The notes below the pieces were generated by a model. It was not told where the DNA came from and made no database searches. It saw only the letters and a list, made by a program, of their open reading frames with translations. From assembly GCA_964304625.1 (NCBI GenBank), contig OZ199840.1, positions 779,284 to 843,283 of the forward strand: a DNA stretch of 64,000 nucleotides. Direction: 5' to 3'. Source of the DNA: Kudoa neothunni (lineage: Eukaryota; Animalia; Cnidaria). Positions within the stretch are counted from its first letter, which is position 1. The number at the start of each line of letters is the position of its first letter. Below are positions 39,536 through 53,304 of the stretch, one piece after another. The position numbers were made by a program, and so were the translations under genes.

Positions 39536-40855
39536 TTACAATAATTTATAACCCATTTTATTACTTTCACGCCCTTGTCTGTTCCTCGTCTTCTTCTCTA
39601 CTTCATCTAATCCTTTGTATAATTCCACCAACAAGCTGTCTTCGCTGGGACTGTTATTTGATTCTTCTTTGGACATATTTTTTTCCTCACGCTTAATAAT
39701 AATAAATTTCACCTCCTTTTAATACAATTATCTATCTTCACCCATTGTAATGATGAAAGAGTATCTATGGATTTGTTCATGTTTTCTATCATTGTATATT
39801 GCTGTTTGATCATGTCATTTAACGGGATGATTGCTTGATGAAGATAATTGATGTGATTTAATAGTTTATCAAATTGTTGTCGAACTGGCCATTGGTCTTT
39901 TTCAAATTTGGAATAAAATTTTTCGCCTCGCATATTTTTCTCATTGCTAAATCTTTTCTGTGATTATCGTTAAATATGTTTTTTTCATCATGATCCACAT
40001 TTGGAAATCCATAGTTAATACAGTTGAAACCGATTCCCTTATAGTTCCTATTCCTTATATAATTCGGTCTGATCACTTCAAGAAAAACGTCGTTCTCTTT
40101 TAGTACATCCGCCTAAATAGCGATTTTAAGCAAACCCTATTTCATCCAAAGTGTATAATCACAATAGGATCAGGAATTTTGTAAAATTCATTATTTCTTT
40201 TTGCGTAAATAACAAGCTCATCATCCTTCAACAGTCTAACTACATCATTCCATTTCTGTACATTTATGAGACTCAGTTCACCATCATTTGTTTGGTCTTG
40301 TATTCTGTTCAACAAAGAAGTGCCATATCCATCTTTTAACTTCCAAATCATCTTTTTACGATGTCTCCCCAGGTGGAGTTGGAGCCAATTGAAAATATCC
40401 CGATTTACTTAAACTATAAATATACACATATTTAGAGTTGGAAAGAATTTAGTGGATCAAAATGACCATTGTCTAATTGAGTTCTTATAAGTTTGATCCA
40501 TGGGTCCCCAATATTTGTAAATATTTTCACCATATTCGTAAATTTCTTGTAATGATGCCATTTGATATGGATGTGCCATTATGGCTTGTACGCAGAGGGT
40601 CACATGAGGAATGGGGGGTCTTTTAAATTTATCCTTTCCACGTTTCTATATTATATAACTAAAAATGTGTTTTTTTAATAGAACATACATTTTTTGGATG
40701 AATTAAAGAGTCTATGTTGGGTTCATTGGTTGGTGAAGTTTTGATCTCATTAGGATACAATTGGAGTAACTTGGTGAATTTTTCAAATGAATCACTGCTT
40801 TTACTTTCTTTTGCGCCATAATTAATGGATTCATCCAACTTGCGAAATACTATGC
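39536..40855 (-). CDS. Divergent forkhead (Fox) domain protein, multi-exon; start unresolved; one apparent frameshift
   Basis: Spliced domain KRPPIPHVTLCVQAIMAHPYQMASLQEIYEYGENIYKYWGPMDQTYKNSIRQCLSKSGYF...IWKL follows the forkhead pattern KPP..Y...I..AI...P.....L.EIY......Y.....W.NSIRHNLS...F...W; an extra base in the C4 run at 40367-40370 breaks the frame. Confidence 0.8.
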
Positions 40856-42845
40856 CTTAATTTTAAAAATTTCAACCAAGTTTCATGATTATAATTTACT
40901 GTCCATCACTATCTTTTTCTGGATGATTATCAATGCGTATGAGCGTTAACTTGTTGATTAGCATTAGAAAATATATCCAACGTAACTGTAGTTACGTATA
41001 AATAAACATAGTGATATACAGTGAAGCCATGAAACCAATTTATAAATAAAAGGACAATTAAATTGTTATTTGTTGTCAGTAAAGTTGCCTTTTATTAATT
41101 AGACCCAGCTTATCATGAAAAAACTCTAGAATTATTTTACTTAAAAAATATTAAATTATATCAATAAATCAGAACAAATAGCATGTACATGTTCGATTCG
41201 AAAAGTATCAAATCACACTTAATATAGTATATGAATTGATTTTAAAAATATTCATAAAATTAAGAATATATTTATAAATATTATTATTATTATTATTACA
41301 TTAAATCAATTTTTGTTAGCCTTTATAATTTTATTGTACTCTAAAGCAGTGTTTTCCACCACTGGACTTAAAAAAATTTTGTGGGTCTTGGGAACTTTCA
41401 AAGGTTTAATGAACGCTCTAGTGGGACGTGGAAAATCTTGAGTAATGGCAATGATGTGACACGGATAATGGTGGAACAATTGAGCAGTATGACGTACTTT
41501 GAAGTCAATATCGCAATTTTTGATATCGCTTATTTATAATTTATAAATGACGATTAATTATATAAAGATTGATAATAATATTTAGCATATCTCTCATCCA
41601 AATAGAATCAGAACGGTTAGAATCTCAATCTTGTCCCATTTAGAATCATATAATCATATATCCCATTTTTGATTACATCTAATATAATATCGATTATACA
41701 TGTTATATATTAATTTTTTGGAGGAATGAAGAACAAAATATGTTAATTATTGAAGTCAATCAAAAAATTATATCAGATCTACTCGAACACATTTTAATTT
41801 TAATGAATAAAGAAATATATATTATTTTCTTTCAAATTTCTAATTTTAATGTGATATCGAGCTATATTCATAATTATGAACAGTTTAGAGTAAAAAAATT
41901 AATACTTTTGAAAGTAATGCGTACGGGACTTTTCAAGAAAAAAAGGTTGGGGAACTCTAATCTAAACCTTGCTGTTCATAATATTATTTATTGATTTTAT
42001 TCATACCAGTTAAATCTCTAAAAAACAAATAAAATTATTATCGAGCTTAGACTAAAATTAAACAGATCATAAAAAATCCTCTCTCTATAATCTATAATCT
42101 ATAATCTACAATATATAATATAATATAATATAATATATAATCCATAATCTATAGTTTTGATCGAATTCAGTTTGAAAACCGCTGCAATAAGCACAAGAAA
42201 TAAAAACAAAATACTCGGTAACCATGGTGATTAATACCTCCTCCATACTATTTGATATCATAAGTTTATTTAATTTACATGCCATCATAATTAAAACAAT
42301 AGGAATCAAAATTAGAAGGTAGTATGAATCATTAAAGTAATACAAAAAGTCACAACCTACAAAGTTATTTAACGCATGATAATTCCACATGTTGCATATT
42401 TAATCCGCCAGATTATAAACAGTATTGAATTTCCCATAAATGGAAATAAAATTTATCTACTATATAGCGGTTATAATTTTCAAATTTAAAATGTCTCAAA
42501 TAACACTTGTACACAAGATGAAAATAAGATAAAATTCATTATGCGCAAGCAACTGTTGAACCTCACAATAACCAACACAATATTTTCTGTAGTATCGAGC
42601 GGAGATTGGTAATTTCCGAACCGTATAATATGATTCACATTAAATAGTTGAAATAATAAATATCTTAAATAAATGACAAAAATAATATATGTATATTAAT
42701 TAAATTAAACTTCAAATTTCTACTAATTAAATTCACTGATTAACCACATAAACAAATAGAATACAATATCGGACACAATACAGAGTATGCCCCTAAACAT
42801 TTAAACGAAAGTATCACGCGCACGCAGTCACTTTTAAATTTAAAG

Positions 42846-44540
42846 ATGCTTAGGGTCGGTCGATCACTGTTTACAAATTTTTTTTCCTCGCGAACATTGG
42901 CTACTACCGCCCGAGTGAGCCACTTTCGAATAATTCTAATTTTTAACGAACACATTTAAAGTGTAACACAAAAGTGGCAGTTGTTGGTGCGGCTGGTGGC
43001 ATTGGTCAACCATTAAGTTTGCTATTGAAACACTCCCCATACATTAAATCATTGGCGCTCTATGATGTGAAAAATGTTGACGGTGCACATCTTTCGATTA
43101 CACTTAGTGAATAATCCACTTATTTTAGGCATTGCAATGGATCTGAGTCATATCGACACAGCTAGTCAAGTTTATGGCTATACAGGTGAATCCCAGTTGA
43201 ATAATTGCTTGGATGGTGCCGAAATTGTGTTGATAGCAGCAGGAATACCACGCAAACCAGGTATTTAATTTCGCGTGCTCTTCAAGTTGGTTACAAATAA
43301 TTCCAAATACTCCTTTTTATGCCATCTATCTATCTATCTATTGAGTTGAGTTGAATGTATTCGTATGTTTATGTGATAGGTATGTTGAGAAGTGATTTGT
43401 TTAATGTGAATGCTAAAATTGTCACTCATGTGGTTGACCAAATATGTAAATCTGCGTTCAATCCACTTATAGCTATTGTTACCAATCCTGTATGTTGTTT
43501 GATTTACTTGTTTCTTTGGTAATACGTAACAACAAAATTCAGGTTAATTCAATGGTTCCTGTGGCAGCTGAAGTATTACGATTGAATGGCATGTTCGATA
43601 CAAGAAAGTAATTATTAATGTGCTTTATGAGTGAGGATGGTAATTGTTGTTTGAAGATTGTTCGGTGTGACCACCTTGGATTTGGTACGTGCTAGCACAT
43701 TCTACGCTCAATTGGTCGGATGTGATCCACGCGAGACCCATGTACCTGTAGTGGCTGGTCATTCTGGTGAAACTATTGTTCCATTGTTTAGTTTGGTAAT
43801 TTTATTGTTTCGACATGAATTCAATGTGATGATTTTTACTCAGGCCACACCGCCCGTTAAAAATTCCGACAAAATTTCCACTTTGGTTAATTTGGTTCGT
43901 GATGCTGGAACTCATGTGGTTAATGCAAAAGGGGGTGAAGTAATTGAATTGGGTTGAACAAAATCAAATAAGTGATGTGTTTGTATAATAGGGATCGGCT
44001 ACACTTTCGATGGCCTATGCCGCTTTCCGTTTCGCGAATTCGCTTCTGCAAGCTCGTCTTGGAAAATCCGATGTCATCGAATTCGCCTATGTTTATTCGA
44101 AATATCACGATGACATTGATTTCTTCTCAGATCCCATCAAATTAGATGTATTTATTGTGATTGCCACCATCAATTTTTCAGCCAATAATAGTTTGAAGGA
44201 GTTATGAATGTGTGTGATTATGGGCTCATTGAGGAGGGGTGAAAAAGCTATGATACTCAAAGTATACTTGAATATTTGGAGGTGCACACTAAAATTTATG
44301 TAATCAAAAATATTTTAGGCCAAAGATCAAATCAAAAAAGACATTCAAATGGGTTATGACTACGTTAAAAACAACTACACTGCTCCTGCTAATGTGGAAG
44401 CTAAAATTGTAGCTCGATTTTCCGAAGTTAAAGTTAAAGACGCATGGCTTCTTCCTAACGACTATGGTGTTTACAAGACCGGTCATATACCCAAATCGAA
44501 ACTGGGCGATGCCACCGTTACCAATCCCACTGAAAAATGA
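42846..44540 (+). CDS. MDH2: Mitochondrial malate dehydrogenase, multi-exon
   Basis: Arg/Ser-rich presequence [88 protein letters not shown]. Confidence 0.96.
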
Positions 44541-47500
44541 AAAGTCGTCCAATTCAACCAACTGTGTTGAACACCATTAAACTCACAATAGAACTAAATC
44601 GTTCTCTATCGTGTTTCCATTTATTTTTTCTTTTTATTCTTTTTTCTTTTTATTTATAAATTATAATTATATAATTATGGGTAAAATAAAATATTGTTTT
44701 TCGCGCATTTATCTGTACTTTGGGGATCAGCTTTCCTTAACATAAATTTAGTTAACCCATTGTTAAAAGAATTATTAACAAATTCACATATAACATTCTT
44801 ATCTGATTTTATCCCATTGGCGGGCGTTCCCACAAAGGGTTTGAAACGGTGCTTCTCGATTCATTTCAGTTTACAAACTTCCTGTCAGTCATTTACGAAG
44901 ACAAATCGGCATCCTTTCTCATAAAAATTAATTACAAATAGACTTGGTTTTATTATGCGAAAATTTATTACTAAACTCTATCTACATTCCAGGCACCAGG
45001 CGGGGTACATTTGGTTCCCATCTATGAAAATGTCTTCCTAATTCGTAATAGAGGCAATTTATTCGATTGAAATTTCATGAATTTAGCATGTTAGTTATTA
45101 GTTGGAAAAACTTTTAATTCATGTTTAACTTTAAAAATAATTATGACCTCACATTTCTAATTTCTAATTGGTTAGACGATTTTATTTATAAAAATAATCG
45201 TTGGGATGATTGAAAAATATTCATTTATATTTTTCGGAATATTTAAATAGTATATATCTCAATAATTCCATTTTATGATTATGATTATGATAGATACTTT
45301 CAAACTTAAATTAAGAAATTGGGATTAACCAACATTTATTCGTAACCATCGTGGTCTGTTGAATGTTGTTTCGTTATAGTATTGAGTATTTCACTGTAAT
45401 TATGTTTAAAATCATTTTAATAATTTTTATTGGATTTAAAGGATACTTAATGCATAACATGAGTAGAAGCCTGAGGATGATCGCGTATGTAGTTGTTACC
45501 ACAATATTTTGATAATGTGTTGACAGGTGTGGGTTCCCTTCTCCGTAAAGTTATAATTTTTATTAGAAATTAGACTTTTTCTAACTTGGAATTTTATAAT
45601 ATCGACAACGGTTTTTATAAATGATTTATTTTGGTGTGGGTTGATGTTTAAATTGTAGATTACCAATCCGATTAATCTAGTTTCATTTCAAATATTATAA
45701 CCGCTAATATTTGAAGTCTAGATGAGTTAAAATGTCTGGTAAATTTATTTAAAGATGTTTTTACCTACTTAAAAACGAATAAAAATAGTTTAACCTGGTT
45801 TCTCTTAGGATCACTCAGATACCTCATGGGCATACATGGAATTTTATGCGCTCAATACGAACGGGAAGGGTTAAACAAAATCCGTCTAACTTCTTCAAAA
45901 GTGAGTTAAACCTGAAAGTAACGTGACTAACAATAAGGAAATTTCCTAATTTTAATATATTATTTAGACTCAAATTCATTAATAAAAAAATTTAAAAAGA
46001 TATTATGTAACGATTGTATAATTGATTAATCAAATTGTATTTCTTTTTAAAAAATAGCGTCAAAGTGGACATGTGTAAAACCGGTCACTGACTGTAATAA
46101 TATTTAAGGTGTCTTTGTTAATGTAAAAAATCCATTTCTGCTTTTCTTAGGTTTTTTTAAATATAATGCGCAAAGTTCTATAATATATTATGTATAGTTC
46201 GCACCTTTTATTTGCGATTTCGCATTCTAGAAAACCCCAATAAACCATCAAGACGCCGACACCGACGCCGACACCTACGCCTACACCTATTAGGTGTTTT
46301 TCCTCGCTCATCTAATTTATATTTCCTTTTGGAGGTATTTGATCATCGATTACACTTGTCAATGTTGATGGTCTCACTCCCTTTGTAATTAGTTTTACAT
46401 GTTTAGAATACATTTTGAAGTTCTTACTTTTTTATTTAAAGCTATGAATGCTATATTGTTTTCATATGTAAAACTACAACTCAGAGGACAGTAACTTAAC
46501 TGCCAACAAATATAGAGATGTACCATTTACAGTGAAAGTGACAGAGACAGAGACAGTGCAACCTTGGAGTTCGAAAACATATAGAAAGAGTATCCTGAAC
46601 CAATCTAGTCGAAGCAAAAAACAGAGAAGGTAAGAAATTCTAGAAGAAGATACGCTCAATCAAATCGTAAGAACCTCAGCAAAAGAGAATCTTTTATAAT
46701 CTATTGTATGACACCGAAAAATATTTACTCTATGTAACATGTGGATGATAAGGGTTGTAATCTACTAATCACATATGCACGGCCGAGAGCGGAACGGCAT
46801 GGCAACACCCCCTTTTAATGCTAATTTAGCAGGTTCGATTCACAGTTCGAACCTTGTGTTACACCCTATATTTCATTTTTATTATTATATTTAATAGTTA
46901 TTTTTTATATTGTATAAACACAAGGAACGTTTGTTTTTAAATGAAAAAGAATACGAATAGTCATCTATTTGATGGGCGATAACGGATTAAACTAATTTTC
47001 ATTATTATGTATGGAACGTAATTATTCTGAGTTCGAACGCGCTTCTAGAACGGATTATCGTCGTAGTCAGGTCCGAGGTTGCACTGCATTTGATTTCTAG
47101 CCCAGCTGATGTAGAGAGATCCTCATCAAAAACAGATAATATAATCCAAATTAATTTTATAAATTATAACAGCCAACCTAGAATAAAATAATTATTTTTT
47201 TAATAATATAGGAAAAGATTGGTAATATAATTAAAAGACCTCAGGTATCGAGAAAAATCATCTAACATGTTTGATGTATATTTAACAATATACTATTAAT
47301 TTCCTATTCACATTGCTCCCTTTCTTTTGTAAAAATAGCTTTAATTAAAAAAGATTATTCTAAAATTATTTAATGTAATGTAGTTGGAATATTTGTTGTA
47401 TTATCAATATAAAAATTTACTGATAAAATTTTTATGATATGATTAGAACTTTTTAATAATTAAAATAAATGAATTAAAAAATTTATAAACTAAAATACGT

Positions 47501-48600
47501 GATAATTAATTATATTATAGTTTTAAATAGTTAATAGTCATTATACCAAATATGATAGAGAAGCTGCTTTACAATCAAATATGTAAAACATATTTAAATT
47601 GTCGAGCAGTATGATTTTGATGCGAAACATTATTGAAAATATTATTATGATGGTTAATGAATTTAGACAATATCTTATGTGCAATAGAGTAGGTTTTCAT
47701 TGGTTTGGGGGATTTAACAAAGATTTCACGTCCACCAGCGGTATTGTGTTCTAAATTCTTTGATAAGGATAGCAAACAACGGCGAAGGAATCGGCATAAT
47801 AAACTACACATAGAATGGTTTATTTAAAGTGTCACATCCTGCCCTATTACTCATTCCATGATAGTTTTCTGTTGTTTATTTCTCTATTATTTGAACTAAG
47901 AGATAATAGATACATTGAAGAATTTGGTGTATTTTAATAAAACATTAATTAGATAGAGTAAGAGAAAAAGTTGTTAACAATACGGAGATTAAATTTCCAC
48001 GAAGTTATGTGCGAAAGGACTATTCAAAAAATTTATCAAATATTTTTACTAGAATAAAAACGTATCACTCCATATTTAATTTTTACTACAAAGTATTGAT
48101 AAAGTTTTCGTAAGAAAATAACATGTCTTTTCGGTTAAATTTTTTGAGCCACTAGCTGCTACACGATAATCCGACAAAGTATCGTTTGTGGTAGGATTGT
48201 CGACATATTCAACGTTCGGTTAATTTATGGCATCATATAGGCCAGGATCTGGTAACAATATTAATTTTTATACAATTATATTGGATTTTGTTCTCCTGAC
48301 GTCGAGTCCTCCCCTATCCTCCATCTTCTCATTACACCATATGACTCCGGATGATTCCATATGGGGAGGAAGGATCGGGAGTCTGCGGTTTCTTAAGGTC
48401 ATAAGTGAAACATCCCATCTTATATGCATAATATAAACCACAATATCTAAGATTTAATCACGAAGAAATTATGTAATTCGCTGTTTTTGAACTTACCATT
48501 ACATTCAAATTTTGAATTATCATTAAACACAAACCATTTTTAATCGAAATATTTGGGTAACGAATGAATGTTTGGTGCTTAACGTTAACACCTTAAACTG

Positions 48601-49422
48601 CAGTGACTTATTTTGTCGTGTGCAATTATGTGTCGTACGTAATATCGCAATAAAACGTAAAAGAATGAGTATATAGAAAATTTAATTTGTATTCTATAAA
48701 CTTTGTAACAAAAGTAAGGTATTGCTATAATTTGACATTAGAAAAATTTAAATATCCATAGATTTTATGTATTTTCTGTCTTGCGTAATGGATTTTCTTC
48801 CACAAAAGGAAAATTTCAACACTACCCCAAAAGTTGAAATAGTAAAGTATTCTCAAAAATTAGCGAATAAATCACACGCTAAATTTGAAACAACGAAGAT
48901 CTTGGATGTAAAAATAAGATCTGCTTTGAATACTATTGTAACTATATAGACTAGTTATTTTAACATTATAATGATTGTTCTCTTCAAAAATAATAAAAAC
49001 TCGCAAAGGGAGAAAATATCGATTTTGATCTACAAGTGAGAGAGTCAATTGAACTGATGAGAGACGAAAAGATAGAAGATTCTCAATATGTCTCTATTAA
49101 TAAAGCTAATGAATTCCTTATGATGTCTCAAAATCAAAATCAACATCTGCATCTGCATCTATTGGTTTATTTATGATTTAATAAAAAGATTTAACATTTC
49201 GCATAACACATTATTTAGTGAATCTCCAAATTTTAAATCGTGTTACATTATAAAATAATTCAAATATTAAACTAAAAAAGTACGTTAGTTGGTCAAAATA
49301 AAATCCAATTTTTTATATTTTTGTTAATTTCGCATGCACAAAGTTACGTGCCGTGCGTAATTTTGGCTCATGCATAGTGGGTTTGATTTCCCATTCGATT
49401 ACGCACCACCCATAAGTCACTG
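48601..49422 (+). mobile_element. Internally deleted pogo-like element with both TIRs
   Basis: Starts CAGTGACTTAT and ends TTACGCACCACCCATAAGTCACTG followed by TA; 48601-~49180 is a diverged inverted homolog of ~17000-17601. Confidence 0.7.
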
Positions 49423-49557
49423 TACATGTCATTATTTGCAACTTGCAATTCAAATATGGAAAAAAAAAGATTCAGCAAAAACAATAACTTATGAATATTA
49501 AGAAATTCTCATAGAACATTTTTCTATACAGCTACAGTTATTAACTAGACACAGTAA

Positions 49558-50542
49558 GGTTATCCTTTACATAACAGGACTGTAGTCGGAAACTTCCTCG
49601 CAGATTCGGGAAACGGAACGCGTTGGGAGAAACTTTGATTTTAAAAATAATCATTCCATCAATATGATGGATTATGCATTTTTTGCATAGGTGCGACTTA
49701 TACTATCAAAATTTTGCAGAGTATTTGTCTGATTTCAGAGAAAAAAATGAATATCTTGGGCGATGATGCATCTTATAAGAAATGTTAGTCAAGATATATT
49801 TCTTCCGATATATTTATTGTTTAAAAAGCAAAATTTACGAGTTGACTCAATTTTTCAGCATTCCATACTGAAAAATTGGGAAATATTCGTATTTTTCACG
49901 CAAAAATTCACCTTACAAAAGTTACCTGTGATGAAACACAAAAGCATGCAGGAATTCTCTCTTCAAAATCTATAAGCTATTGAACCAAATTGTTGAGAAG
50001 TATTGTTACGTTGAAGATTACGGATAAATGAAAAAAAAAGGTCAGAATTCCATTGTCCAGATCGATGAAATTAGGGGGGACAAAGGGAAATCTGTTGAAT
50101 TGTTGGTGGAGTCGACGTGTAAGATGAATGTTCTTTCTAAAATCCCAAGTGAAGAGGCAATTCTGACCATGGGAAAATTGTTCTTAATAATGTGGAAAAG
50201 AATTCTATTATACCGGCAGATAAAAATGAAGCTACAATCGTCTGAATAATGTATGATTTTGTCACAAATATTCGCTTGTTTTTGGTATTGGTGTACATAC
50301 AAATATAATCGTTACTAGGTAGGGAGGCTTTAAAAGAGGGTACCGGAACATTGCTAATCAAAATGAAGAGTCATTGTATGACTTCATATGGGGTTATTTA
50401 TAACAAAAAAATATAAAAATTTAAATTTAGAACTTTCTATAAAGAAATAATAAAGAATTATTGAATATAATTTATTGTGTTGTTATTGCACGATTTTATC
50501 AGACATTTTCCGACTATAACCCCCTTTATGTAAAGAATGGCC
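49558..50542 (+). mobile_element. Merlin (IS1595/ISXO2-like) transposon remnant
   Basis: About 35-bp imperfect TIRs (GG..AT.CTTTACATAA...TAGTCGGAAA); decayed motifs IVQIDE, (W)IVGGVD, GVHTN..(W)GGFKR. Confidence 0.75.
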
Positions 50543-50650
50543 TAAGAAGTATTAATTAATTTTTAAACATAAAATATTAAATTTAAGAATATGGTAATGA
50601 AAAGAAATTAAGCAATCATAGAATCAAAACATACAACACTAATCAAAATT

Positions 50651-52530
50651 TTAAAAGGATTTCTGGTTTAAAATTTTTACATTGTGTACTTTTAATTTTT
50701 TTTGTCGTATTCGTTGAATAATTAAAACACCAACAATAACCAAAACGATTGCAAAGGTAACACCACCAGTTGATATCAGAGTCAGTTTTAACCGACCGTT
50801 GACACTATTTTCAGATTGTGTTACATTATTTGGGTCTTTATCTTTTTTTGAGATCATATTTCCAGGTTTCGTATTTTCATTGTCCTTTTTGTTGACTTTT
50901 TTTGGAGACATAGGTGTATTAGAATTCGTTTCTACTTTTTCTTTTGGCTGAGTAGGTTTAATATCCGAACTGGAACCTGATTTGTTGGGATTAAGGTGTT
51001 GACTTATTTTTTTACTGTATGAATCCATGTGATTTGAATATGCATATATCTTGTTCATAAGATAACCACCTTGATTGTTTATATCTTCAATTTCTGTTAA
51101 TAATTTTTTGACAGAATCCAAGTAATTCCTAACACTCCTGTCATTAATGGATTGTGTGTATTCCCATGAGGTTTGCTTGAATTCTTCTATTGAACTTTCA
51201 GCACAGTGATATGAATTGTAGTTTCTAAATAAAAAATATATACAACCAATCACTAACCTTGTTAATTCGATATTTTTTATGTCGATGTTGGCATCGTTGA
51301 GATGGTTCACATATGTTGATCTATGATTCTCGATTGGGATTTCAGTCTGTTTGACTAACTCTATGAAAACATTCAGTTCTTTTTTTAAAGCCTCATGCTT
51401 GTTTAGATGAACAGTTAGCAGGGCGATATCAGTATTTATTGCCTCACGAGTTGATGCAGAGAATTGATCTATTCTGCTGGTTATATTTAGTTTCAGGTCT
51501 TTTATATTTTTAACACTCTCTTCAACTTTTTTAAGATATATACGTATAATGGAGGCTTTATTATTTATTTGACTTTGTTTTACATCAATATCCAGAGGGA
51601 TATCTTTTCGAATTTGTTGAATCAGGTCGGAATAACCTCTGACCTTTTCTTTAAATTCATCATTGTAGTTGTCAAAATCTTCACTCTCCGATCTGATAAC
51701 TTCTACTATATCGTTGTATGTTTTTAATGTAGTGGATACAACTTCAGAATAAGGAGGAATATTTTCAGCTTTTTTACAGGCAACTTTTATTTTCTCAACT
51801 TCTGCAATGGCTTTTTTTTTGTAATCATCCAAACGGTCTTTTATGTTAAAAGTGCTTATAATATTTTTGTACTGTCTTTCATTTGCAAACGATTCATTAT
51901 CTTCACATACATGCTTAGATTCACGGATAATATTGAATAATATATTTATATCATTTTCAAATTTTAATTTTCTTTTCTGTGTGGCAACTGCATCATTTAG
52001 AATTCTTTTCATCTCGTCGTTTTTCTTTGTTAATTGCTTTAGCTCGTCCCTCATTGATTCCAAATTAGTTAATAGTTGGTCAAGTTTAGTATAAAATTTT
52101 TCCAAAACATTCTTGATAACTGGAATATTTTCAGTTATAGATTTTGTATTTTTCAAAAATTTAAAACATTTTTTCATTGTTGCAATCATTAAATATTGAC
52201 GTCCAAAAAGTTTTGTGGGCTCGTTCAATGACTTCAAAGTCTTGTCTCTTAATTGATTTGCATCGCAGTGTACATACTCAGTTTCATTAAGGTAGTAGTT
52301 TTCCCTCACATATTTAGTTTCATCGAAGGGTTTGTTCGTATTATGTGTACATTTTATTTTATGCATCGTTTCAACATCGTTAATATCATTCAAAATAAGG
52401 TCTTGGTTATTTGTGAAAGAATCATCCATATATTCGCTGCAAGTCGACAGTTTTCCAATCACTGTAAAAGTTTTTAAATAAATTACATTTTTTAAAATTT
52501 ACCAGAAAATAGTCCTATTAACCACAACAT
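50651..52530 (-). CDS. Type I single-pass membrane protein of about 610 aa with helical/coiled-coil-like ectodomain
   Basis: 28-nt first exon (MLWLIGLFS), phase-1 intron, 1.8 kb exon; low-complexity stalk, hydrophobic segment GGVTFAIVLVIVGVLII and basic tail. Confidence 0.85.
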
Positions 52531-52915
52531 GTTTCAACCTTGTAAATAAACGAAGGGTTAAATACTTAAATATTGATATTCTGAATGGATTCATTGGATT
52601 ATTTGATTTTATACGATGATATTTGGTATAAATGGAATGATTAATTGTTATTATTTAAGATTAATCTTAATTTTATGTCAACAAAATGACATATTCAGAG
52701 CTAAAAAGTGGAGCTATTTAAAAATTAAATTAGGTGAACTCGTTTATATAAAAATTCACAAGTCCACTACATACACGATGAAATCCCCTTATTCAGCAAA
52801 TTGAAAAAAATATTTCAACCAATCAGTATTCGAGGAGATATTAAGTTTATAAAGTAAATTTTGTAATTGGAATCTCCTTAAAAATTCCTCAACATTATCA
52901 TCACTTCATTTAATT

Positions 52916-52987
52916 TAGTCAGTGACCAATTTTACGCACTTTTTCCATGGTCCCGAGGGGATTACGTAAAACCGGTCACTGACTGTA
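52916..52987. mobile_element. About 70-bp MITE-like inverted repeat
   Basis: AGTCAGTGACCAATTTTACG / CGTAAAACCGGTCACTGACT-GTA; the same end recurs at about 46075-46096. Confidence 0.6.
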
Positions 52988-53304
52988 GTTCCATTTGACA
53001 TTGCTACAATTTGATAAAGAAAATAACTCAATTTATTAGTTAATTTTAATAAGAAAAATACAATAAGTAACCAGTTGAAAAAAAGTTCATACATACTTAA
53101 TGATAAATGAGCAGTATTTATGTTTTTATTTGACTATATCGTGAATTTAATCCAATTAGAATTAAAATAATGTGGAAAATATTCACAGTAAAAATCAGAA
53201 AATTGACCATCTTACGTAATTTTTGAGTGTGTATTGTTTATTAAGTCGTATTTTCATACTTTTTAACTGACCCAATTATCCAGAAGCACCTATATAATGG
53301 TTAA

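Noticed and set aside
41347-41430. hAT/Charlie-like end CAGTGTTTTCCA
   Set aside because: No matching second end or TSD found.
42106-42620. Small minus-strand membrane protein gene head-to-head with MDH2
   Set aside because: Plausible, but exon structure and product could not be supported.
44675-45080. Minus-strand coding-like segments downstream of MDH2
   Set aside because: No consistent gene model or motif.
48601-49422. Pack-type element carrying a captured host gene
   Set aside because: The internal ORF-like sequence is better explained as the element's own decayed transposase N-terminus.
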